This document shows, in pieces, positions 17,212 through 24,952 of a stretch of DNA of 32,000 nucleotides (within the stretch, counting starts at the first letter, position 1; each line of letters opens with the position of its first letter). Position numbers and translations under genes: made by a program. The notes under the pieces were generated by a model. The model was not told the origin of the DNA. It saw only the letters and a program-made list of their open reading frames with translations, and made no database searches. Origin of the DNA: Bdellovibrionales bacterium (GTDB taxonomy: Bacteria; Bdellovibrionota; UBA1018; JADZFF01); NCBI GenBank assembly GCA_020850015.1, contig JADZFF010000033.1, forward strand, positions 1-32,000, written 5' to 3'.

Positions 17212-17769
17212 CTAGCCAGAGAAGGCTTCGATCTTGATGCTCTGGATGGTCATCTCGCTCAGGGGCTTGTCGTTGCCGTCGGTCTTCGTGGTCGCGATCT
17301 TGTCGAGCACGTCGAGGCCTTCGAAGACCTGACCGAAGACGGTGTAGCCGTCGGCCGGGCCCCCGTTCGCCGGGTGGTCGAGGAAGTGAGCGCCCTTCTC
17401 CGGATGCACGACGTAAAACTGCGAGCCGATGCTCTTCGGCCGCGCCGTCTTGGCGTAGGAGAGCGCGCCGCGGAGGTGCTTCAGCTCCGGGTGGTACTCA
17501 TCGCCGATCGTGGTGCCGGGGCCGCCCGCGGCGTGGCCGCCGGTGCCGTTGCGGGCCGTGAAGTCGCCGCCCTGGATCATGAAGTCCTTGATCACGCGGT
17601 GGAAGGGCACGTTCACGTACTTCCCCGCGTTCGCGAGGTCGACGAAGTTTTTCACCGCGCCGGGCACGAGCTCACCGAAGAGCCGCGCCTTCATGACGCC
17701 CTGGTTGGTGGTGATGACGGCGATGGGTTCGCCGGCCTTGGGTGCTTGGAGCTGCTGGGGTTTGTTCAT
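17212..17769 (-). CDS. ppiB: cyclophilin-type peptidyl-prolyl cis-trans isomerase (cytoplasmic type)
   Basis: The cyclophilin core FHRVIKDFMIQGGDF and the stretch SQFYVV are present, and the product is about 185 aa. ATG 17769 (MNKPQQLQ...) is preferred over the longer track start. There is no signal peptide. Confidence 0.9.
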   Translation of the reverse strand: MNKPQQLQAPKAGEPIAVITTNQGVMKARLFGELVPGAVKNFVDLANAGKYVNVPFHRVIKDFMIQGGDFTARNGTGGHAAGGPGTTIGDEYHPELKHLRGALSYAKTARPKSIGSQFYVVHPEKGAHFLDHPANGGPADGYTVFGQVFEGLDVLDKIATTKTDGNDKPLSEMTIQSIKIEAFSG

Positions 17770-17863
17770 GCGCGCGAAAGTAGCGCGGGCCGGGAACGGG
17801 CGCAAGGGGGAGCGCGGAGGCCCCCTGTGCTAGGCTTTTTGGCATGGCCTAGGCCGCGATGAA

Positions 17864-20476
17864 TCACTCCACCGCCTGGTCTTCTTCGAGCTCGTAGGCG
17901 CCGTGGATCAGGCTTCGCGCGAACAGGAGGAACTCGGCCGGCGTCATGTCGCGCCTGAGCACCTTCGTGAACACCTGCTGCAGCTCCGGCGGAACCTGGA
18001 AGCGGAAGGCGTCGGCGTCTTTCGATCCGCCGCCGGCCTCCAGGTCGAGCTGGTTGTTCCAGCGCGCCCAGAAGATGCGGTCAGCCTCGGCCACCGCGCC
18101 ACAACGCGCGGCGGGCCCGGTGCCCGCGCAGCCCCGCCCGTCCCAGATCTCGAGCTGGGTTTCGCGGAAGGCGCCGTGCATGGTCATGTGGTCCTTGTTC
18201 GCTGATCCGGAGATCAGGAGCGCCGGACCCGAGGCCACGCGCGCGCCCTGGGCGTTGAAGCCGTCCACAGTGATGGTTTTCATGTGGTACTCCATGTGGA
18301 ACTCGTCGCTGTGCGGGACGTGTTTCCACTTGAAGCGGATATTCGGCCAGGCCACGCGGCGGGCGATCTGCCCGGCGTCGTTGACTTCGAGCTCCTTGTA
18401 CATGAGCAGATCGGCGTAAAGCGTGTTCGGGAAGCCCCCGAGCGGCTCGGCCGTCACACCCGAGCTCTTCGAGATCGGCTCGAGCATGACGTAGATCATC
18501 ACCTCGGGCGAGGTGCGGGCCTTGTCCAGAAGCTCCTCCACCACTCGGCGATCGTAAAGGAACTGGTCGTTCACCACGATCTGCTTCTTTGCCATCCGGA
18601 TCGCGGCGATGTTCTGGTCGAGCGCGCTCGTCTCCGAGCCGTCGATGTTGTTCTGGCCGATCCTCACGCTCAGGTTCGGTTCAATGGCCGACACGAAGGC
18701 GAGCTCGGCGCGGGTGGGCACCACGCGGTTCTTCGAGGCGTCCCACTTGCGCGCTAGGGGATCGAACGCGGCCAGGGCCGTTTCGATCGCGGCGGGGTCC
18801 ATGGGCTCACGTCCATGGCCGCCGGCCTTGAGCGCGTACCAGAAGTCCCAGTAGTAGCTGTCCTGCGTGGCCACGGCCGCCGGACCGGTGACTTTCGCCA
18901 CCTCGTCGAAGGTCATGGCGCCCGAGCTGTCGGTCCAGTTCTTCGAGCCCACGAAGGCCACGGGCACGGAGTCCGTCCAGGCGCCCGCGCCGTCGATGAC
19001 CATCACCTTGGAGTGGTCGCTCTTGGCCTTCGGGAACAGCGGAGGCAGGAAGCTGAACACCTGAGTGCCCCGGCGCATGAGGGACTCCACGACGTGGTCG
19101 GGGATCAGCGCGTCGAAGTAGGCCGGAAGGCCCGTGCGGTGCGCGAACACGTACGAGCCCGCGGCCACCATCTTCGTGGGGTTTTGCCTGGAGTACGCCA
19201 TCAACCAGTTGAACACGGGCCGGATCTCGGGGCCGTAGTTGAAGGGGTTGTAGGGGTCGTGCAGGAGGTACACCTTCACGCCGCGATCCGCGGCGGCGAT
19301 GAGCTCCTGGCCAAGCACCACGCCCACGGTGCCGCCGATGAAGAACATGTCCATGAACACCGTGTGTTTTGCGGTGCGGATGGCCTGTACCATCTGCGGG
19401 AAGATGGCCTGGTGGGCGCCGATCGAGTCGTTCAAGGCGAAGGTGGGGTGGTTCTCAGCCCTCGGGAAGAGGGTGCCGGTGAAGGGCAGTCGTCCTGAGT
19501 TGATGAGGGCCACGATCTGGTCCACGGTCTGGGCACCCGGCACCTGGGCCACGGGGTCTTTGGTGCCGGCATAGAGCGATTCGAAGTGCTCGACGTAGTC
19601 GGAGTCCTGGCGGTTACGCGTGAGGTAAGTCACGTCGTTGCCGCCCAGGAATCCTATTCCGGCCGCGGCGTGAGCTGGGCCCGGCCAGCGGGCGGCCTCG
19701 GCGAGATCCTTCCAGCCGGAGGTGAAGGCGATCTGGCCCTTGAGGCAGGCCGCGAGGTTCGAGACCGAAGAGATGCCGGTGTAGGAGGCCGAGCAGTCCG
19801 CGAAACCCTTCAAGGCCGCGTTTTGCGCGTTCCAGGCCAGGCACTCACCCTTGGCGCCGAGCGCGCTCTGGGTCTGGCACTGCTTGTAGCGGGAGATGTC
19901 GCCGTCCAGGAGGGCGGCCGCGCGTTGCAGGGCCTGCGTCGCGGCGGCGGGGGCGCCCAGAGAGGGGTAACGCGGATCTTGCAGGATCTCGCGCGCCCAA
20001 AGCGCGAACTCCTGGGCGTAGATGCGCAAGAGCGAGCGGGCTTTGTCTTTCTGGCCCGTGCGGAGGAAGTACGCCAGGTAGATCTGGGCCTTTTCCGAGG
20101 GGATGGCCGCGTTCATGTGTTGAGCGAAGGCAAGGCGCAGGTTGTACTGGTCGTTGGCCGTGCGTTGCAGGTTCGAGCGCTGCGCGAAGGCGCGGTTTTC
20201 CGCGGCCTCGGGGATGTTTTCGTCGTCGTACTGACCGCGGACGGCGTCTTCGATGTAGAGCGGGTTCACCGCGAGCCACCACTTGCGGAGGTCGTCCTCG
20301 AAGTTCGAGTCGTTCAGCATTCGGCGCACGTCGGCGTCGATCCCGAAGAAGGCCATCTCACGCTGGTGCATCGCGAGGAGCGTGTAGTCTTCCCAGCTTC
20401 CCGCCTGCGAGGCGGGGGAGCCGAGAAGGGAGGCCGAGACGGCGAGGGTCAGAAACAGCGTGTGAATCGTTTTCAT
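17864..20476 (-). CDS. large exported phospholipase D superfamily protein with two HKD motifs and a novel N-terminal helical domain (PLD-3)
   Basis: ATG 20476 is preceded by GAGGTG. The signal-like N-terminus is MKTIHTLFLTLAVSASLLGSPASQAGS. HKD1 is HSKVMVIDG...GSKN and HKD2 is HMKTITVDG...GSAN. The roughly 330-aa N-terminal region is helix-like, carries 4 clustered Cys, and matches no motif I recognise. Confidence 0.85.
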   Translation of the reverse strand: MKTIHTLFLTLAVSASLLGSPASQAGSWEDYTLLAMHQREMAFFGIDADVRRMLNDSNFEDDLRKWWLAVNPLYIEDAVRGQYDDENIPEAAENRAFAQRSNLQRTANDQYNLRLAFAQHMNAAIPSEKAQIYLAYFLRTGQKDKARSLLRIYAQEFALWAREILQDPRYPSLGAPAAATQALQRAAALLDGDISRYKQCQTQSALGAKGECLAWNAQNAALKGFADCSASYTGISSVSNLAACLKGQIAFTSGWKDLAEAARWPGPAHAAAGIGFLGGNDVTYLTRNRQDSDYVEHFESLYAGTKDPVAQVPGAQTVDQIVALINSGRLPFTGTLFPRAENHPTFALNDSIGAHQAIFPQMVQAIRTAKHTVFMDMFFIGGTVGVVLGQELIAAADRGVKVYLLHDPYNPFNYGPEIRPVFNWLMAYSRQNPTKMVAAGSYVFAHRTGLPAYFDALIPDHVVESLMRRGTQVFSFLPPLFPKAKSDHSKVMVIDGAGAWTDSVPVAFVGSKNWTDSSGAMTFDEVAKVTGPAAVATQDSYYWDFWYALKAGGHGREPMDPAAIETALAAFDPLARKWDASKNRVVPTRAELAFVSAIEPNLSVRIGQNNIDGSETSALDQNIAAIRMAKKQIVVNDQFLYDRRVVEELLDKARTSPEVMIYVMLEPISKSSGVTAEPLGGFPNTLYADLLMYKELEVNDAGQIARRVAWPNIRFKWKHVPHSDEFHMEYHMKTITVDGFNAQGARVASGPALLISGSANKDHMTMHGAFRETQLEIWDGRGCAGTGPAARCGAVAEADRIFWARWNNQLDLEAGGGSKDADAFRFQVPPELQQVFTKVLRRDMTPAEFLLFARSLIHGAYELEEDQAVE

Positions 20477-20486
20477 CGTCGTCACC

Positions 20487-21989
20487 TCAGCGGTCAATGA
20501 AGAGCGCCGCGAGCGGGAACTTCTTCAGGGCTTGGTCCTTCGCACCGCGTTTGGCGTCCGCGAAGGCTTTGGCGATCATCTGGTTCGCCGTGTTTTGAAC
20601 TTCCTGGGCGGCCTGCTGCGTGGGCTGGCCGTCCGTGAGCCCGATCTGCACGTTCGTGGCGAAGGGCACGAGCGCGCCGGCCCGGCGGTCGAAGACCTCG
20701 ATGGAGGTTTTCAGGTTCTCCATCTTCGCGGTCTGAGCCGTCAGGTTCGTCACGATATCGAAGCTCGTCATGTGCACGCGGATCGGAACCCGCAGGTGCG
20801 TCCAGTACGAGGCCGTGCTGCCCTTGATCGCGTCGCCGCCCAGGTAGGGCGTGAGGCGCCAGGCCGAGTTGGCGGTATTGAGCTTCATGCGGCGTCTGAA
20901 GGGGTGGTAGCCCTCCCAGGTGCCGAAGTTGAAGTTCAGGCGCATGTCCCGAAGCTCGTTCTTGAGCAGGTGCTCGAAGCTCACGAGCATCATCGGGTAG
21001 TTCGTCGACGTGTCGTTGGCCGTGAAGCCGCCGGGCTGGGGCACACCGGCGTGGGTGATCTCGGCCGTGGGCGAGGTCGTGGCGGGCTCCAGGCGCTGAA
21101 GCAGGGGCTGCATGCCCAGGAGCGCCTGCAGGCGGATCGTGCTCGCGCCCGGCTTCACCGTCAGGTTGATCAGGAAGGCCACGGGGTAAACGTAGGGCGG
21201 CACGAGGTGCGGCGTTTCGTCGTAAGCGTTTTGGAGGACGATGGCCGTATTGTGCTGAGCCACGTCGTTCACGCGGTTTCCGAGGTTCCCCTTGAGGCCG
21301 GTGACGATGGGGTAACCCTCTTCGTCGTAGAGCCAGTGCTTCACGCCCCAGTCGCGCACGGGCGTGCGGCGTTTGGTGCTGAAGCCCATGCGGCGCGGGG
21401 AGTAGCGCGAGCCACGTTCCCAGGCGGCCTTCGCGGCCGCGTCGGTGGCGGGCGCCTTGTCCCAGGGCGCGATCAGGAAGGTCAGGTGACGGGGGCCGGC
21501 GTTCGTGGCGAGCGCGGCCTCGATCTTCGGCAGCGCTTCCTTCAGGTGGCCCGCGGCGGTGCGGAGCACGCGCTCGAGCAGGTTCACCGGGGCCGAGGCG
21601 CCGTCGAGGTCCATGCGCATCAGTTCCGAGAAGGCCGGGATGAACTGCTGCGAGAGGATCTCGTCGATCGTCTGCCCGTACACCGCGGCGAGCTGGCCGC
21701 TCTGGGGTTTCACCTGATCGCGCAGCAGGTAGAGGCGCGGATCGGTGGGCGCGGACGCGCCCACGGCCGGCTTCTGCGAAGGCAGAGCGCGGGAGCGGTC
21801 GAGCGCCTCCCAGGCATTGTCATCGACGAACAGGTGAGGTCTGACCGGCGACTGCGTCATCCGGTACCGGAGGACTTCCGCCCGAGCTGAGTGAAGCCCG
21901 GCGAATACCCCCGACAAGACCGCAAAACACCCCAATGCCGCAAGCGGCCGAACGCGGTTGAATAAGGACATAATGCGGCGAGCTATCAT
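20487..21989 (-). CDS. exported hypothetical protein (500 aa), tightly linked upstream partner of PLD-3
   Basis: The N-terminus is MIARRIMSLFNRVRPLAALGCFAVLSGVFAGLHSARA, which is signal-like. There is strong G/C third-position bias through the body. The stop (20489-20487) lies 10 nt before the PLD-3 ATG. I recognised no family motif. Confidence 0.7.
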   Translation of the reverse strand: MIARRIMSLFNRVRPLAALGCFAVLSGVFAGLHSARAEVLRYRMTQSPVRPHLFVDDNAWEALDRSRALPSQKPAVGASAPTDPRLYLLRDQVKPQSGQLAAVYGQTIDEILSQQFIPAFSELMRMDLDGASAPVNLLERVLRTAAGHLKEALPKIEAALATNAGPRHLTFLIAPWDKAPATDAAAKAAWERGSRYSPRRMGFSTKRRTPVRDWGVKHWLYDEEGYPIVTGLKGNLGNRVNDVAQHNTAIVLQNAYDETPHLVPPYVYPVAFLINLTVKPGASTIRLQALLGMQPLLQRLEPATTSPTAEITHAGVPQPGGFTANDTSTNYPMMLVSFEHLLKNELRDMRLNFNFGTWEGYHPFRRRMKLNTANSAWRLTPYLGGDAIKGSTASYWTHLRVPIRVHMTSFDIVTNLTAQTAKMENLKTSIEVFDRRAGALVPFATNVQIGLTDGQPTQQAAQEVQNTANQMIAKAFADAKRGAKDQALKKFPLAALFIDR

Positions 21990-22068
21990 GGCGCGTCATG
22001 ACCTGCAACCGACGCTCTGACCTGATTTAGTCGTTGAAAGCTCCTCAGGACGCGGCATCGTGTAACAC

Positions 22069-23466
22069 ATGGAAATAAGAGATGAACGGGGCATGCGAGC
22101 AGGTCGCGCGGGGGCGATCGCGTGCGCGGGTCTGAGTCTGTTCCTGAGTTTGAGCCTGGCTCCGGCCCAGGCTTTGATGATGGAGCTCCCCCCGAGCCTG
22201 GCCCCCGTGATGCTTTCGGAGACCGTTCCCTTCACGTTCACGCCGAATGCCTACTCCGCCGCCGATTACCGCCTGGAGTGGGTGGGCGAGGCGTTGCCCG
22301 GCGTGACGGTCCGCCTGGGCGAGAAGAGCCTGGAATGGGTGCGCGTGCGCGAGGTCCTGGATCTGCCGCGGGCCACCGCCGTGGTGGAGGTGCGCGACGC
22401 CGAGGGCGCCCAGGTGCTCCACGCGGGATATGTGCAGCCTCTCGCACGCGTATCGGGCGGGACTTGGAGCGCCCATGTCCCCGTGGCCCTGCTCAGTGGT
22501 TCTGACAATCCCATCGAGTTGCGCGTGCGGCGCGGAGGGCGCGAGCTCAAGGGCACGCTCGTTTCGAAGCTCGTGCCGCGGCCGGGAAACGAGACGCAGC
22601 TCCTGTTCGACGCCACCTGCTCCCACCCGCGCGTGCGCGCCGAGACCGTGAGCGGCCTCAGGCCCGACACCTTCGTCTACGTGGGCTGCCGTTTCGTGCA
22701 CACGAAGGGCGATTCGCACCCGCACCCCTCGTTCGAGCTCTACGTCTACTGGGACGGGGCGGGGCGTTCGATCCGGGTGGACGGAGTGCCCACGCCTTCC
22801 TCTTCAGTGGGCGTCTGGGCGCTCAAGCTCGGCCCGAAGCCCGGCTACGTGGATCTCCAATCGGGCGAGCAGAAGATCCGCGTCGCTTATTCGGTTCCGG
22901 AGCGCCTGCGGCGGCTCACCCTGGGGCTGGGCGTCGGGCCCTACGGATACGCGTTCCAGGACAAGGGCGAGTCGCTCGAGACCTTCGCCCCGCTCGCCAC
23001 CTTGTACGGCTCCTATTTCCTCTCGGAGTCCATGCGGGTGACGATGTTCAATGCCACCGCGCTTCACCGGCTCTGGTACACGAACCAGGGCTTCTACCTT
23101 TGGAGCGAGCAGATGCGCGTGTTCGACTCGCGCTTCTCCATGGTGCTGCTCTTCGGTCTGGATGTGCTCGTATTCCGCACCCGAGGCGCGGGAGGCGACG
23201 TGCACTGGCGCATCGGAGGCCCACAGGGTATCGAGTTCGCGTTCCGCGACTTCCCGATCCGGCGGCACGACGTGAGCTTCGGCGCCTTCATCGCGCCCAA
23301 GCTCGTGAGCGAACACTTCTACTACAACGCCTGGGTGCGCTGGGGCCCGCCTGAGTGGTTCGTGGAGTTCAATTACCTCTCGTGGCAGGAAGAGCTCCCG
23401 GACCAGCTCGTCTACTCGCGGTCGATCGGCCTGAGCGTCGGGATGCCGCTCATTCGGCTGCTCTGA
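22069..23466 (+). CDS. exported protein with C-terminal beta-barrel-like domain, paralogous in architecture to the 8072-9121 product
   Basis: The signal-like segment is MRAGRAGAIACAGLSLFLSLSLAPAQA, with ATG candidates at 22069 and 22093. The junction LRRLTLGLGVGPYGYAF resembles ARRLTLSAGLGWTYLAY in the 8072-9121 product. An amphipathic strand-like C-terminal half follows. Confidence 0.65.
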   Translation: MEIRDERGMRAGRAGAIACAGLSLFLSLSLAPAQALMMELPPSLAPVMLSETVPFTFTPNAYSAADYRLEWVGEALPGVTVRLGEKSLEWVRVREVLDLPRATAVVEVRDAEGAQVLHAGYVQPLARVSGGTWSAHVPVALLSGSDNPIELRVRRGGRELKGTLVSKLVPRPGNETQLLFDATCSHPRVRAETVSGLRPDTFVYVGCRFVHTKGDSHPHPSFELYVYWDGAGRSIRVDGVPTPSSSVGVWALKLGPKPGYVDLQSGEQKIRVAYSVPERLRRLTLGLGVGPYGYAFQDKGESLETFAPLATLYGSYFLSESMRVTMFNATALHRLWYTNQGFYLWSEQMRVFDSRFSMVLLFGLDVLVFRTRGAGGDVHWRIGGPQGIEFAFRDFPIRRHDVSFGAFIAPKLVSEHFYYNAWVRWGPPEWFVEFNYLSWQEELPDQLVYSRSIGLSVGMPLIRLL

Positions 23467-23472
23467 CGGGGT

Positions 23473-23922
23473 TCAGTCCGCCGAATAGCCGGTGAAGCCC
23501 GAGCCGTCCTCGGTGACGCCGGTGTAACCGCCGCTTTCGCCTTGGTCTTGGCCCTCGGCGGCCTGGGCGTGGTCCACGCAAACGGGCTGCAGGTCGCGCT
23601 CGTAGCCGCAGTAGCCGTCGCCGGAAGGGGTTACGCCGCAGTAGCCGTAGCTCAGGTCGTCTGATTCAGTATTCACGGCCGCTGGTTCGGGCCGGCGGCT
23701 GCGGTCGCGCCTCGAGGAGCCGCCCAAACGCGAAACGCCGTCGGCCAGAAGGAGCAGACTGAGCAGGAAACCATCGCCCTCGCTGGCGCGGCCGGCGCGC
23801 AGGCGAACGGCCGTCTCGTCGCTCGACTGCTGGGCTTCCGCCGTGGAGGGCAGGGAAAGCGTCAGCATTGAAAGGGCGAGGGGCGCCACTAGAGCCCAGC
23901 GGAGGCGGAGGATTTGATTCAT
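23473..23922 (-). CDS. small exported acidic Gly/Tyr-repeat protein
   Basis: ATG 23922 gives MNQILRLRWALVAPLALSMLTLSLPSTAEA, a signal-like N-terminus. The C-terminus holds two copies of a 15-aa unit (GYCGVTPSGDGYCGY and GYTGVTEDGSGFTGY). The longer track ORF (to 24129) runs into the inverted-repeat arm and has weaker codon bias. Confidence 0.6.
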   Translation of the reverse strand: MNQILRLRWALVAPLALSMLTLSLPSTAEAQQSSDETAVRLRAGRASEGDGFLLSLLLLADGVSRLGGSSRRDRSRRPEPAAVNTESDDLSYGYCGVTPSGDGYCGYERDLQPVCVDHAQAAEGQDQGESGGYTGVTEDGSGFTGYSAD

Positions 23923-24082
23923 CCCGTTAACGATTGCAAAGGCGTGGCCAATCTCGTTCGTCCCTGGGGCGGACGAGGCTGACGTGGCCCGGGCAGAGCT
24001 GTCTATCGGGTGGGCACCTGCTGGAGCGGGCTCGAGTGTCGTGGGTGACACGGCGCCGCCGGGGTATCTGCGCTCCTCCGCG

Positions 24083-24319
24083 CCGACGTAGTCAAATGTC
24101 GCCTTTGAAAGCGACATTCGGGTCTCCATTTCGAACGTCGGAGGGCGTGCCCCGCACGAGATTGAAGTCGGCCTGACGCAATCGTATCGCCGTGAGTTTT
24201 AAAGGCGGAGTCGAGCCTGGCGTTATTGCGCTAAAAGCGTCGCAAAAAGCATGGTAACCGTAGACGTCCTGACCTCGGACCCGAATGTGGCTTTCAAAGG
24301 CGACATTTGACTACGTCGG
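24083..24319. repeat. 42-bp near-perfect inverted repeat pair bracketing a 153-bp segment (inverton-like, MITE-like or long-stem RNA element)
   Basis: The left arm 24083-24124 (ccgacgtagtcaaatgtcgcctttgaaagcgacattcgggtc) is the reverse complement of the right arm 24278-24319 with one mismatch. Each arm also contains its own 8-bp stem hairpin (aatgtcgc...gcgacatt). Confidence 0.85.
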
Positions 24320-24394
24320 GAGTTGCGGACGTCGAGGCGACCCTGCCTGGGGCGATGGCCTGGAGTGCCCCAGGGGGCCGGCAATCAGCCGGGA

Positions 24395-24811
24395 TCAGTG
24401 AACGGTTTCGGTTCCGCCGAGCGTATCGGCCATCAGGGCGCGGAGCATCTCCTGGATGTGGGGCGTGGTCTTTCCGGCGCCGCCCGCCAGCATGCGGAAG
24501 AGCTCGGCGTCCAGACTCAGGAGTTGGCAGAATTCGTCCCGGGTGTAGGGCAGAGACTTGAGCAGGAACTGAACTTCCTTCGCGCTGAGCTCGTCCGTCT
24601 TCCGGGAGAGGTGGGTCATGATCAGGCGGTTCCATTGCTCCACGAGGAGTCCCGGAAGGAAGATCTCGTTGCAGCTTGGGCATTCCTCGATCGGCGTCTC
24701 GCCCTCGATCGTGACGAGGCCCATGGGGGTAGGGTAGGCGAAGTCCTTCACGGTCTTCGAAACCACGCCCGGCTTTCCACAGGCTTCGCAGGTGTTCGGC
24801 TGCACCGACAT
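24395..24811 (-). CDS. MqsA/YgiT-like zinc-finger plus HTH (XRE-type) regulator/antitoxin-like protein
   Basis: The N-terminal CxxC...CxxC zinc ribbon reads CEACGKPG...ECPSCNE. It is followed by an HTH-like segment LSAKEVQFLLKSLPYTRDEFCQLLSLD. The product is 138 aa, and no adjacent toxin-sized ORF was found. Confidence 0.6.
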   Translation of the reverse strand: MSVQPNTCEACGKPGVVSKTVKDFAYPTPMGLVTIEGETPIEECPSCNEIFLPGLLVEQWNRLIMTHLSRKTDELSAKEVQFLLKSLPYTRDEFCQLLSLDAELFRMLAGGAGKTTPHIQEMLRALMADTLGGTETVH

Positions 24812-24952
24812 GAGTCCGAGCCTAGCACAGCCTCGCGGGATGCTTGGACTTTCCCCAGGGATGGGATGATTTGACTCATTTGGTTGCCTGGTGGTAGACG
24901 CATAGCGTCATCTCAAGGGGTGAGGCGACCGAAAGCAAAAAGGGGTTAGTCC

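Noticed and set aside
19586-21890. ORFs 19586-20500 (+) and 20532-21890 (+) opposite PLD-3 and its partner
   Set aside because: They have the same shadow-ORF character (Arg/Gly/Val/Glu-rich, no signal or motifs). The minus-strand frames have SD-ATG starts and coherent protein features.
22034-22068. TTGAAA ... TAACAC as a fourth instance of the TTGAnn/TAACnC promoter-like motif
   Set aside because: The spacer is 23 nt, too long for a sigma-70-type promoter, and the TAACAC box abuts the ATG at 22069.
23923-24129. Upstream extension (METRMSLSKATFDYVG...) of the small Gly/Tyr-repeat protein gene
   Set aside because: It would place about 70 residues before an obvious signal peptide. It starts inside the inverted-repeat arm and has weaker third-position G/C bias than confirmed genes.
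24083-24319. Calling the inverted-repeat element a classical IS or MITE
   Set aside because: No transposase ORF and no flanking direct target-site duplication could be found, and only one copy is visible in this window. It is kept as an unclassified repeat, with MITE as one hypothesis only.
24294-24683. ORF 24294-24683 (-) as a possible MqsR-type toxin partner
   Set aside because: It overlaps the MqsA-like gene out of frame. It has Arg/Pro/Gly-rich shadow composition and no resemblance to a small RNase toxin.
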